Positions 1 to 11,670 of a stretch of 64,000 bases of DNA are shown one piece after another. A model generated the notes under the pieces. It was not told the DNA's origin. It did not search any database and saw only the letters and a list, made by a program, of their open reading frames with translations. The position numbers were made by a program, and so were the translations under genes. The first letter of the stretch is position 1, and each line of letters opens with the position of its first letter. Source of the stretch: Sphaerodactylus townsendi (taxonomy: Eukaryota); contig NC_059429.1 in NCBI RefSeq assembly GCF_021028975.2, forward strand, positions 5,084,001-5,148,000, read 5' to 3'.

Positions 1-112
1 CCCAGACGCATCAAAATATCTGATGGTCTCCAAGTGTGTGAAGGTGTGCAAAAAAAAAGTCTCCAACATGCTGAATCTCTGCCCAGAAGTCCTGGCTTGC
101 AACCACCCAGTG

Positions 113-398
113 AGCAGCAGCAGTATACAGGAGGTTGGCAGAGCCCGTGTATCTAATCTGAGGGGAACTGGTTTGACTCCCAGCCCCACTGGCCTGAGCT
201 GGGAGGCTTCAGAATTCCTGTGATTAGCCTGCACTCCCCACACACGGCCAAGTGACCTTGGGCTAGCCACAGTTTCTCGAGTTTCCTCTCAGCCCCACCC
301 ACCACAGGGCAGTTTGCTGTAGGAGAAGGCAAGGAGACTGGGCCCCTTGAGTCTCCTGCAGGAGATGAAAGGGGGACATAAATCCAAACTCTTCTTCG
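113..398 (+). mobile_element. tRNA-derived SINE (Squam3-like), diverged or error-rich copy
   Basis: Same layout as the 36969-37262 copy: agcagcag head, ggtttgactcc B-box-like motif, ccaaactcttcttc tail. Confidence 0.7.
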
Positions 399-939
399 CT
401 TCTTTGTGACCCCTGCATTTTGTGCTGGCCAGTTCTAGTCTCTAGTTCACGATGTGTCTTCAGGGGTCTTCTGTTCTCCCTACACCTTTTGCTGAATCCT
501 CTGCTGCCAGTTTCTAAAAAAACTGCTGTTGATGTTGGAGAGGTTTACGTTCAAAGTGCTGCATCTGACCAAGGGAGGGGGGGTTCCTTGAGAGCTTCTA
601 CCCTGGGCCACTGTAAGTCTCCTTGGAGAGGTCTGAAGTGTAGCCCCTTCCCTTATACTGCAGCCCAACTGCCCCTCCCGAAGCAACCCCCCAAGCTGAT
701 GGGGGCTGCGTGGGAGGCACACTCAGACCTGAGCCACCCGGCCCAAACCCTCTGGCTGAGACTGGCCTCCCTCACAGGGCAGTTGTGATGGGGATCGGGC
801 AGGGGCAGAGAGACCCACAGAGGCTGCCTCAAGTAGTCTCTTCTAACTGCTACAGAAAGGCCCGCGGGCAGACCACAGCCCCCCCCACCCCCCACCCCCA
901 CCCTGCACCCCCCACCTCCACCCCCCCACCCTGAGCTAA

Positions 940-1520
940 GGCCAGGAGTCAAGAGCGCGCGCCCCCCCCCCCGCCACGAAGGCGCCCGGATGACGTCAGC
1001 CTCGCCCGCCCCGCCTCGGGGCGCCGTCCCCCGCCCTTACCCTCCGGCGGCGGCGGCAGCGGCGGCGGCATCTCCATGGCGGCGGACGAAGGCGCGCGCC
1101 AGGCCTCCCGCGCCAGACGTAAAACACCGCCAGTCGTAAAACACTCACGACGAGCGCTTTGCGGCTGTTGCCGGGGGACGGGGGGGTGGAGCCGCCCCCT
1201 GGCGACGCCCACCACAGTGGCGGGTGGGAGGAGCTATCGCCGGCGCAGGCGCGGTGGAGTCACGTCCTGGGGCGGCCCTTGCAGCAGGGAGCGCGAGAGC
1301 CGGCCGGGCCATCCAGGAGAGGCTCCAGCTGCGCCCCCGCCCCCCAGGTGGGAGGGGCCCTTCCTGGGCGGGCAATGGCAGTGGTAACCACCTTTTGTCT
1401 GACATGTAGATCTCGAGCCCTCCCGTCTTTTTCCTCCCGTGATCAGCAGAAACCTCCGCGTCCCCCTCCTCCTAAAAGGCAGATCGAGGGGCAAACGTGC
1501 TTGACTACGTGACGGTGCAC
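940..1520. promoter_or_regulatory. CpG island / CHERP promoter
   Basis: Very high GC and CpG density around exon 1; perfect CRE palindrome TGACGTCA at 991-998. Confidence 0.75.
1041..1077 (-). CDS. CHERP: CHERP coding exon 1 (MEMPPPLPPPPE-G); rest of gene lies left of the window
   Basis: ATG at 1077 in GCCATGG Kozak context, phase-1 GTAAG donor at 1040-1036. Resembles the human CHERP start MEMPLPPD with 4 extra codons. Lies in a CpG island at the syntenic position downstream of SLC35E1. Confidence 0.8.
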
Positions 1521-1592
1521 TTATGAACTGTTCTGGCCGTTTTGTTGATTCCTGGGTGTTGAGCATTAATAAAGTTCGGCTATGGTCTCACC

Positions 1593-2241
1593 CAGTGGTA
1601 TGGCAATGGGGGCGCTAGAAGTGACACCTCAGAGCCCTCTGTGGGCACGCGCAGAGTCAGCCCCACCCTCACATACACATCTAGGGCTGGCCTTGGGCCA
1701 CTGGGCTTGATTATTAGCATTAAATCTCCCACTGGCAGGGAGTGACTCCACTAGATAGCTATGGGATTCATTTCCATCAGCCCCCGGCCAGCATGGCTAA
1801 TTGGGCCATGCTGGCAGGCTGATGGGAATTCAGGAACCATGGGACATCTGAGTGCCAAAGGGTCTGCCACCACTGGAAAAGACCCAGCTCTTTGGGAAAG
1901 CAGCAGGTAACCCTCTGCTGCTGCTAAACCCCACTGGTTTTCATGCAAAGCGACTAAGGCACCATCCTTACCAGGAGGCCTGCTGTTGGTAATGGCTTCT
2001 TCTGAGTAAAACCTCCTAGGGTCGTGGATTCACCCCGCTGGAAGAGTTGCATGGTTGCTTCAACGCAGCCACTGACTACCACCAAGCTTACTCCTGAGTA
2101 ACGCGCAGCTCAGAGCCAACTGCTTTTCTAAGCTGAAAGCCTAGTATTCAGGTTAAATTGCCGCATTGGCACTTTGCACAAATAAGGGGTTTTGGGGCTG
2201 CACTCTGGCACCGTCTTGAAAAGGTTCGGGCCATCATCCTC
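1593..2241 (+). mobile_element. ~500-bp non-autonomous hAT element (family C) with a nested palindromic MITE (~1735-1875)
   Basis: Colinear with the clean copy at 58475-58981; interrupted by a cccatcagcc...ggctgatggg MITE. Confidence 0.65.
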
Positions 2242-2429
2242 TGGTCTGGACCAAGCACAAGAGGGTTCAGACCTGTGGGAGCCTCTTCCTGATAATTATG
2301 GGACTACAATTCCTACTCACCGTGGCAGGGCGATGGGACTGCAGTCCATGAACATCCGAAGAGCCACTGGTTCTCATTTCCCTCCCCCACACAATTGTGG
2401 GAGGAGGTCCAGTCACGTTTGTTCTAGGA

Positions 2430-3816
2430 CAGTGGTTCCAACCTTCCTAATGCCGCGACCCTTTAATACCGTTCCTCATAAGAACATAAGAACATAAGAA
2501 CAAGCCAGCTGGATCAGACTACCAAAGTCCATCTAGTCCAGCTCTCATCATGAGGCCCACTATAAGTGCCTTTAAGCTCTCACATGGTGGATGAACGCAA
2601 TGGCTTCTTCAAGGCTGTTGCTCCCTGCATCACCTTGGAATTTGCTACATAGACGGTAACTCGGATCAAAGAGGATCAAGATTGGTAGCTATAGATCGAG
2701 TTCTCCATAAATCTGTTGAAGCCCTTTAAAGCTATCCAGGTTAGTACCACCACTCCTCCTGTGGTGCAGCATATTCCAAAACACCCACCACACGCTATGG
2801 AAGAAGTGTTTCCTTTTATTAGTCCTTCCACTCTTCCCCCAGCATTTCTAAATGAATGCCCCCTGGTTCTAGTAGTGCATGTGGGGAGAGAGAGAAAATT
2901 CTCTGTCAACATTTTCTCCTATGGTAATTTTGTAGACTTCAATCATATCCCCCCCTCAGCCTCCTCTCCAAACTAAAGAGTCCCAAACGCTGCAGCCTCC
3001 TAGGGAAGGTGCTCCAGTCCCTCAATCATCCTTGTTGCCCTCTCTCTGCACTTTTCTATCTCCTCAATATCCTTTTGAGATGGGCTACCAGAACTGACAT
3101 AGTGCCCACCACTTGGTTTATATATAAGGGTGACAATCCTTGCAGTTTTATTATCAACTTTCTAATGATCCCCAGTATAGAGTTTGCTCTTTTCATGTGT
3201 CACTGCATTGAGTTGACATATCCCATGGAACTATCAGCTAAGGCGCTTAAATCCCTTTCCTGGTCTGTGACCCCGAGTAGCGCGACCCCTGTGTAGCGTG
3301 TATGTGAGGTTCTGGATTTTGCCTCCTATGTGCATCACTTTTACATTTTGCTGGTGAACTGCGCATTTGCAGAACTTCCGCAGGCCCATTCACCCTAATT
3401 TATCAAGGTCTCGGCAGGCTTCTTCTACGCCCAATCCTTTATGTGGTTCTCACCACCCTACATGGTACATCGTCTGCAAATCCTTGGCCACCGCTACCCA
3501 CCCCTGCTTCCAGGTCATTTTATGAATACCGGGTTAAGAGCGCACTGGTCCAAAGCGGATCAGCGGGGGGACACCGCTCCCGGAAGCATCTCTCCATTTT
3601 AGTAAGAACTTCCCATTGACACCCACCCTTTGTTTCCTGTTTCTCAACCGGTTTCAATCACCATGTTGTGGTGCCCCACCGCTTATCCGTGTTGTGTCTC
3701 GGTGCGAGGCCATTCGAATATCATGGCTTTTCCGGGAGATGGTCTTGGCGACCTCTGTGAAAATGCCGTTCGACCTCCAAAGGGGTACTTAACCTATAGG
3801 TTGGAGAGAACTGCTG
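2430..3816 (-). mobile_element. SPIN (hAT) MITE split by a CR1 insertion
   Basis: 2430-2478 (cagtggttc..aaccttcctaatgccgcgaccctttaatac..gttcctcat) and 3662-3816 (catgttgtggtg...ggtcttggcgacc..tgtgaaa..gttcgacc..caaaggggt...) are the two halves of the element at 34784-34969; flanks ttctagga / ttctatgga. Confidence 0.7.
2479..3660 (-). mobile_element. CR1 LINE 3' portion (indel-rich)
   Basis: (ataagaac)n tail; colinear with the CR1 copy at 11835-12490, including the TRTRGH motif. Confidence 0.8.
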
Positions 3817-3940
3817 TTCTATGGATGATGCTGTTAGGGGATGCGTGCGTTGCATGATTGGATGCGGTTGCATCTTAGAGCGAAGTCCTGCGGTGAGTCG
3901 GAGATAGGCTGGCAGGAGATAAAATAATCATTGCTTTAGA

Positions 3941-4472
3941 GCGGTGGTGGCAAACTATAGCCACCGAGGTGCCAGAGGTAACCTCAAGAACCCTCTGTGG
4001 GTACTGCATAAACAGAATCCCCCCCCCCCCATCTAGGGCTGGCCTGTGAGCCACTGAACCGATTACAGCATTAAATCTAAGACCTAGTTTTGGGGAAGCA
4101 GTGTAGGTAACCCCTGTTAAGTAACTCCACTGATTTTCATGTGGAAGAACTAAAGTCGCGATCCTTTACCTGGGAGTAAGCTCAGTTGCTGGCAATGGGG
4201 ACTTTAGCTTCTGGAAGTATTAAACCTTCCTAGGGTTGTGATTCACCTAATGCAAAGAGTTACTTACTGATTTGCTTCAAAGCTAAAGCCACCAACTATC
4301 ACCTTCTCAAGCTTACTCCTGAGTAGCATGCGCTATACGGTTCACCAACTGGTTTTTTTCTAAATGAAACCTCAGTATTCAGGTTAAATTGCTGTGTTGG
4401 CACTTTGTGATAAATAAGTGGGTTTTGGGTTGCGGTTTGGGCACTCGGTCTCAAAAAGGTTCACCATCACTG
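3941..4472 (+). mobile_element. non-autonomous hAT element (family C)
   Basis: Colinear with 58475-58981; near-TSD ctttagag / ccttagag. Confidence 0.7.
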
Positions 4473-4719
4473 CCTTAGAGTGAACACAGCTGGTGCTGAT
4501 TAAGAAAGGAGACAAAATAAAGGCAGGGGGAAAGCAAAGAAAGTAAGTTTGTTTTGCGAGTGATTCACTCAGCACATAGCCTTGACTCCTGGTCATTATA
4601 CTGAAACCAATCCTTATCGTTTGGAACTGTTTGAAGGATGGTTTGTTTTTGTGATTTCAAATGACAGCAAATAAAAGGCTTTGGACTTCGTTATAGAAAA
4701 GAATTGGTTTCCCTTGCTT

Positions 4720-5020
4720 TCATTTCTTCTCTCGCTGAAGCTTGCGAGACGATTGCAGTGGAAGAGGCTGGATCAAAGCCTGCGGGGCTGTGAGGAGGTT
4801 AGAACGGGCCCGTTGGCTCATACAAAGATATTCCCTCATCCATAAAAAGCCAGGAAGTACACGACCTGTTTTGGACCTCAGGCGCCTGAATAAGCATCTT
4901 TGGCTCTGTTGGTTCTGTGCACTGTCCCTATCTAATATCCTTCCCCTCCTCACGCTTGGGATTGGTTTTCTGTGGTGACCTCACCGACGCATATTTCTAT
5001 ACTCCCATCCATGGACACGG
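4720..5020 (+). mobile_element. DIRS-type retrotransposon RT fragment
   Basis: RYSLIHKKPGSTRPVLDLRRLNKHL...ILPLL, then frameshifted DWFSVV-DLTDAYF; matches the DIRS RT pattern F.VPKK.G..RPILDLR.LN...DWF...DL.DAYF. Confidence 0.6.
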
Positions 5021-5289
5021 CCACCAGTTCCTCAGATTCAAATGTGGAAACCAAGCTCCAAATGTGGAAACCAGCTCCACACAAACATAGGATGACCATA
5101 GACAAAGGAAACAAAGGCCAGGATACTTCTATTCAGATGCTCCCACCAGTGACCTTGCTATCTCCATTGTTACTCCCATGCTGTAGACTTCATTTGTTAC
5201 TCATACTTTCCTCTATTCAGATGCCCTCAACTATTGACCTGGTTGTCTTCATGCTCATCAGACAATGTTTCTTCACCCACCCTGGACAA

Positions 5290-5470
5290 TCTTAACATGG
5301 TATATATACTCCTAACTTGCTTTCCCAACATCGAAGATTCCTCTGAAGATGCCAGCCCCTAGATACGAAGCGAAACATCAGAGAGAAGGCTGCTAGAATA
5401 CTGACCGAACGGTCTGGGAAACCACACAGCACCCCAGTGATTCTGGCCGTGAAAGCCTTCGACAGTACAT
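5290..5470 (+). mobile_element. Penelope-like element terminus with degenerate hammerhead-like core
   Basis: ctctgaagatgccagcc...cgaaacatcag...gattctggccgtgaaagccttcgacagtaca; same terminus as the palindromic copies. Confidence 0.6.
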
Positions 5471-5817
5471 GGAAACCAAGTGTTTATGTACAGAGTCTCC
5501 TCCCCTTCAGTCTGGCCACTGCCCCCCGCCCCCCCGCCATTCACCAAATATATATATGTCTATGGTGGTGGCTCACTTGGCAGAAAAGGGGCATACGCAG
5601 TGGTGGGATTCTGAAACTTCGGCCACCAGTTTGCCCCTGCCATGCCCTCCCCCCTTTCTGATGTTGGGCAAGGGAAGGTGGCAGCTGTGGGCTGGGCATC
5701 TTTCACCTCGGGCTGGGAGGCCTGACCTGCAGCTGGTCTGGGGTGGTGGCATTCCAGTTTGCTACTGGTTCTACCGAACCGGTGTGAACTAGCTGAATTC
5801 CGCCTCTGGTTATATGG

Positions 5818-5975
5818 CCGTGGTGGCGAACCTTTGGCACTCCAGATGTTATGGACTACAATTCCCCACATCGAAACTCCGCCGCCAGCATGCTTTGGCC
5901 AATTGGCCATGCTGGCAGGGGCTGATGGGAATTGTAGTCCATGACATCTGGAGTGCCAAAGGTTCGCCACCACTG
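5818..5975. mobile_element. palindromic hAT MITE (family A)
   Basis: TIRs c(c/a)gtggtggcgaacc / ggttcgccaccactg; 8-bp TSD ttatatgg (5810-5817, 5976-5983). Confidence 0.85.
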
Positions 5976-6079
5976 TTATATGGTATTTCTGTACTTTGAT
6001 GACTGGCTCCTGGTGGCCCCTCTGAATCTTAGTTGTGTGACCATCTTGCCATGGTCTTGGACACCACACTGGCCTCTTT

Positions 6080-6380
6080 GAAGAAGAAGAAGAGTTTGGA
6101 TTTATATCCCCCCTTTCTCTCCTGCAGGAGACTCAAAGGGGCTGACAATCTCCTTGCCCTTCCCCCCTCACAACAAACACCCTGTGAGGTGGGTGGGGCT
6201 GAGAGAGCTCCGAGAAGCTGTGACTAGCCCAAGGTCGCCCAGCCGGCGTGTGTGGGAGTGTACAGGCTAATCTGAATTCCCCAGATAAGCCTCCACAGCT
6301 CAGGCGGCAGAGATGGGAATCAAACCCGGTTCCTCCAGATTAGATACACGAGCTCTTAAGCTCCTACGCCACTGCTGCTC
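6080..6380 (-). mobile_element. tRNA-derived SINE (Squam3-like), full length
   Basis: Reverse complement of 48923-49222; (gaa)n tail. Confidence 0.85.
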
Positions 6381-6403
6381 TGGGTCTGTTGGTCAACCTA
6401 GAT

Positions 6404-6492
6404 CAGGGGTAGGGAACCTGCGGCTCTCCAGATGTTCAGGAACTACAATTCCCATCAGCCTCTGTCAGCATGGCCAATTGGCCCTACCCCTG
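6404..6492. mobile_element. hAT MITE (family B, internally deleted)
   Basis: TIRs caggggtaggg / ccctacccctg; TSD acctagat (6396-6403, 6493-6500). Confidence 0.85.
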
Positions 6493-7335
6493 ACCTAGAT
6501 AAATCTGTCAACTGTTCACTAACCTTCAGGGAGCAGACATAGCTGCACCAGCGCCTGGTCAGGGCACTGAGGAGTCCTGCCCAGCATTTATAAATTTTAA
6601 ATTCCATAAACATTTCACATATTGCAATTTTATATAGTAAGTTATATATGATACATTTTATAGGGTTAAGCAGTAAAATTAGTTCAAGTTGCTAGGCAAG
6701 CAAGTAGAGCATCGTATTTCGCTCCCCCCATGTGGCTGCCCTCTGAAATTCTTTCCTGTAGCTTCGGTTTCTGGAAATTTCATCTCTAGCCCGGAATAAT
6801 ACCCGTTTTCAAAAAGACTCAACCAAGACAGACTTTCATTTTACAAGATTTGGCATTATTTAAATGTTTTAAATTTCAGCACAATTCTAGAACAGCTTGT
6901 TATCCGATTTTACGTTTTCTGGCTCGAAACAAAAACAAGGGTCCAGCGGCACTTTATATCCCGGCAAAAACCTCTCCGGTGCCTCTGGACACTTGCTTTG
7001 TTTAGCTCCTGCTGGCTAAACACAACCACTCTGGAAAAAAATCCCTCCACTGCTGTACACTGACTTGAAAGTTCACCCCACTTGGGCTTGGAGCAACCTT
7101 CATTTATACATAATCTGTACATCCACACCCATCTTAATAACATATTCCTTGTTCAGTAATGGCTAATACTATTTATAACCCATTTAGAGAGAGATTCTGC
7201 CCCTCCAAGGCCCAGAAATTCAGCATTGAGAACATCCTCAGCTGGCCTCTCTCTTTGAAAAGGGACCCCCCTGATGAGGGCAGAAGTGATGGACCAGCCT
7301 AGTGCCAGCGGGAGATTCTGAATCTGAGACTGCAA

Positions 7336-7372
7336 CACGCACGCACGCACACACACACACACACACACACAC
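7336..7372. repeat. (CACG)n/(CA)n microsatellite
   Basis: Direct reading. Confidence 0.9.
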
Positions 7373-8124
7373 TGAAACCCCCACTAACACCAAGGAGAAG
7401 AGATGAAAAGTAAAGCTCTCACCCCCCAAGTCATAACAATCATTTAAGCAAACATCCACCCACCCCCGCCACTGTTCGACCTCATTTGAGTTCTGCACCA
7501 ATCATCTGAATGCTACGTTGGCCACAAAAGACCCTGCTTCTGTGAGTGGCGAACCTTCCCCTGAGCATCTCCAGATGTTATCGGACTACAATTCCCATCA
7601 GCCCTTCCAGCATGGCCGAGGTGGCCATGCTGGCGAAAGCTGATAAATTGTAGTCCATAAATCCCATCTAAATTGCCATAAGTGTCTCGCCAACACTGCG
7701 CCTACTTGAATATTTATGAACCCTCACACCCCACTCCTTCCAGTGTGTCTCAGACCCTCTTCATTCCTACTAGACAACCAACAGTACCCACAAACGTGGT
7801 TTTTACATATCCAGGCCATCCTGGTACTGGCATTTCGCAAAGTCAAGGTTGCCATACGCATGAAGTCTGTGGTGGCAAAACACACACAGACATACAGCTC
7901 ATTCACTTCTGTAAAAGGTGTTTGTATTTTTAAAACAAGCAAGGTCTTCCAACTGTAAGGAGGGAAATGGCCCCATCATTTGTTCGGACTCAAAAGCAGG
8001 TTTTTTTTCCCCTTTGTTGAAAATGTCCGATCTTTGTTCCTGACATCTGTTTGGGTTCTCTATGTAATAGAGACCGCACAAGTTTGAAATATATTCAGCT
8101 CTAAAAGGACAGCAACACATAGAC

Positions 8125-8270
8125 CCGTGGTGGCGAACCTTTGGCACTCCAAATGTTATGGACTACAATTCCCATCAGCCCCTTCCAGCATAGCCAATTG
8201 ACCATGCTGGCAGGGGCTGATGGGAATTGTAGTCCATAACATCTGGAGTGCCAAAGGTTCGCCACCACTG
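8125..8270. mobile_element. palindromic hAT MITE (family A)
   Basis: Near-perfect 146-bp hairpin; TSD acatagac (8117-8124, 8271-8278). Confidence 0.9.
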
Positions 8271-10010
8271 ACATAGACTATTCAATTAACAGGTATAAAT
8301 GGGCAGGCACACCTACTAGTCGCTCAGCCCATCCCCAGACTGAAGCATGTCCAGATAAGGCTGGACGCCCTCTACTCTGCCAGGGGAAGCAGTCGGGGGG
8401 AGGGGGCAGTCTCCCACCAGGAGCCGGCTGTCTGCCTAAGGAGGGGGCACCCTCTCAGCTGCCTCCTGCCCCCGCAGGCAGCTCGCCAGCAAAGCCACAC
8501 ACCTAAGGAACAGATCAAGGAGAACCGAATCGTGCTCTTCCTTGGTGCCAGGATAGCCGTCTGGAGGCACAAGATGAAAAAGCATTTTCCATCTGTACTC
8601 CCTCAGGCCTCCTCTCTACCACCCGCTCTTTCAAACATTCCTCATCCTAACCAGCTATTCTAATTCCAAACAGTCACAACCTGGAGAAGATTTTACGACA
8701 AAAAAATGGGAAAAAGAGTAAAGATGGTACAGAAATGGGAACTGCAGAATCAGCGCGTTCCCGCCTCCAGTACCTCTGGTAAGGAAGAGACACACAAACT
8801 AAGGAGCCTGGGGTGCCAGCTCATCCGTGAGGCACACGCTCACTTTCTGCCCAGCGACGGCATCTCCTCCCATCCAGCTTCTGCAGGCAAACACACACAC
8901 AAACCCAGAACTGTCTTCCTCGGCCGCTTTCTGCTTTGATGGAGGAAAAGGCAGAATTAAAGCTATCGCCTGCGTGTAATCCAGCAGGAGGGGAAAGTTT
9001 TACTCAACCTCTAAAAAGGAAAAAAAAATTAAATGACATCAATCTTCTCTACGATCATCTCTTGCCCCGTTTCATCCTCTCCTAGCCAGGACACATTTCT
9101 GCCTAAAAAACCTGCGGGCAAAAGCAGTGCTGACCCACCCCCCACCCCCGGAAGAAAGGCACCCAGCCCCCAGAGGATGGAAAATTCAGTCTGTCCTGAC
9201 AGGAGCCCCAGAGACTAACAGGACCAGGGAATCTCTCTTAACCAGACTCTGGCGCTCCCAAGAGCAGCCGATCACAGAATGAATCTCCGCCTCTCTGCTG
9301 AACTAGGCTTTGGGACAGCTTCTCAGAAGCACCTCTGCAGTGGAAATAACACTCTTGGTGGGAACAGTTCAAACCTGTCTGGCTGAATTTCCAAAGACCT
9401 GGGGTGGAGAGGGGGAGAACAGACGCAGACTGTTTTTCAAAGGGCCCTTCTGAAAGCCAGAGCTCCCTTGTTTACCTGGGCAAACACAGAAACCAAGGTA
9501 ACCCTCCAGGGACGTCGTGAACAAAAGCACCAGCAGTGCCAGTCACACCAACTCCACAAGTGGGAATCTGGGCCAGGTGAGGAATAGAAAAAGGCAAGAT
9601 ATGCCAAGGAACAGAAACAGGAACCAGAGCAGCAGATGCTCAAAACAAATAAGCTTGAGTTATATAATACAGACGCCAAAGTTCTATAACGTTGCGTAAC
9701 AAAATTGAATTTAAAATACACAAACATACACAACTTCCTGTAAAATGGGGGAAGCTGCAGAAACACTCAGCATCTGAGGTCCCGGCCGTTGCAGAAAGTT
9801 AACAATGGGCTTTATGCTCAAGCAAGCACTATTCCAAATGCACATATGTAAAGAGGAGTGTGTCTTATTGCCCAGATCACTGAAAAAAATTGATGCATCT
9901 CATGATTTTGAGGGGGGGGGAAATCTAATGGAAGCCTTTGAGGTCCACATAACACATTAATGACAATAAACCCTTCTGTGGCATGATTCCTTTGAACAAA
10001 TTACTATTCT

Positions 10011-10293
10011 ATGTATTGTCGAAGGCTTTCACGGCCAGATTCGACTGGTTGTGGTGGGTTTTCTGGGCTGTGTGGCCATGGTCTGGTGGGTCTTGTTTTT
10101 AACGTTTCACTTGCATCTGTGGCTGGCATCTTCAGAGGTGTATCACAGAGGGAAGACTGTTACAAACTGTGTCAGTGTGTGTAACAGACTTCCCTCTGTG
10201 ATGCACCTCTGAAGATGCCAGCCACAGATGCAGGTGAAACGTTAGGAACAACATCCACCAGACCACGGCCACACAGCCCGGAAAACCCACCAC
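10011..10293. mobile_element. palindromic Penelope-derived non-autonomous element with hammerhead-like cores on both strands
   Basis: Long inverted repeat centred near 10170; direct flanks aacaaattactattct (9995-10010, 10294-10309); CTGAAGA...GAAACGTT on both strands. Confidence 0.75.
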
Positions 10294-10932
10294 AACAAAT
10301 TACTATTCTGTCTCACACACACCTGAACCAAATCTGAACTGAAAGCATCAAAGATCTCTCTCAGTACCCCCTTGCCATGTTGCAGGTGCCATAGGTCAAG
10401 ACAGGAAGCTACTCACAAACACACACACACACACACACACACACCCCATCTTGAAAGTGCTATCAACTGTCACTTATCAGGAAACTTCATAGAAGAGCGG
10501 ATGAGTGAGTGCCACTCTTCGCAAACTACACTCTGGAAGCAGCTTCTGAACAAAACAAGGCAGCGTGCAAATCCACGATCCGGGGTGGGGGGGTTACAAG
10601 TTGAAATACTGGCCACATGGCTGCTTCTCCCAGCAACTGAGTGGTTCCGGAGCACCCACAACAACAGAGATATGAAGTTTGGGCCTCGTGCTTTCTTTGG
10701 CACATCTCCATCCAAGGTTGTCACACATAACTTGCTGTAGCGTCCTGTTTCTGTTGACAAATTGCTTGGGTAAAGAGAGGCCTCCACTTTAGAGGGGAAA
10801 CGCCCCTCCAATCTTTTAACACAGGGACCTTCCCCTCGGTGCAACACATACGGCCAATATGTCTTTTTGAAGCCTTAGCTGGAATCCTGGGGGAACCCTG
10901 TGCCAACAGTCTGCACCAGTTTGCCAAAAACA

Positions 10933-11166
10933 CTATATATCATACCGATTGGAGTTGTAAGCAGTCACATAGTTTTGCCGGCTATACTGAAAGTGATCAG
11001 TTAGAACGTTGTTCCTGCCATACTGGAAGTCCTCATGTTGTGTGAACGATGGGATCCCATTCTGAGACTTCTCAGGAGTGCTCCGGTACCGCTCCAGGTT
11101 CACAAGGTCCCCTGTTGTCATGGGAAGGAAGTGTTTCTTTGCTTCCCGGTTTGCATCATACTTTGT
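10933..11166 (-). CDS. SLC35E1: SLC35E1 exon 6 (last coding; TKYDAN...NRYDI*)
   Basis: CAG acceptor 11169-11167; QYGRNNVLTDHFQYSRQ matches the human C-terminus; TAG stop. Confidence 0.95.
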   Translation of the reverse strand, partial: TKYDANREAKKHFLPMTTGDLVNLERYRSTPEKSQNGIPSFTQHEDFQYGRNNVLTDHFQYSRQNYVTAYNSNRYDI

Positions 11167-11197
11167 CTGCGGAACAAAAGTTTGTCAGCTTTATTTT

Positions 11198-11670
11198 CTC
11201 AGAGAGAAATGAACATGGGGTAGAAAATGGGGTAGAAAATGTTGACAGAGAGAAATGTTTCTCTCTTTCTCACAATACTAGAACCAGGGGGCATCCATTG
11301 AAAATGCTGGGGGGAAGAATGAGGACTAATCAAAGGAAACACTTCTTCACGCAACGTGTGATTGGTGTTTGGAATATGCTGCCACAGGAGGTGGTGATGG
11401 CCACTCACCTGGATAGCTTTAAAGGGGGCTTGGACAGATTTATGGAGGAGAAGTTGGTTTACGGCTACCAATCTTGATCCTCTTTGATCTGAGATTGCAA
11501 ATGCCTTAACAGTCCAGGTGCTCGGGAGCAACAGCCGCAGAAGACCATTGCTTTCACATCCTGCATGTGAGCTCCCAAAGGCACCTGGTGGGCCACTGCT
11601 AGTAGCAGAGAGCTGGACTAGATGGACTCTGGTCTGATCCAGCTGGCTTGTTCTTATGTTCTTATGTTCT
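11198..11670 (+). mobile_element. CR1 LINE 3' end
   Basis: TRTRGHPLKMLGGRMRTNQRKHFFTQRVIGVWNMLP...FKGGLDRFM; (gttcttat)n tail. Confidence 0.9.
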
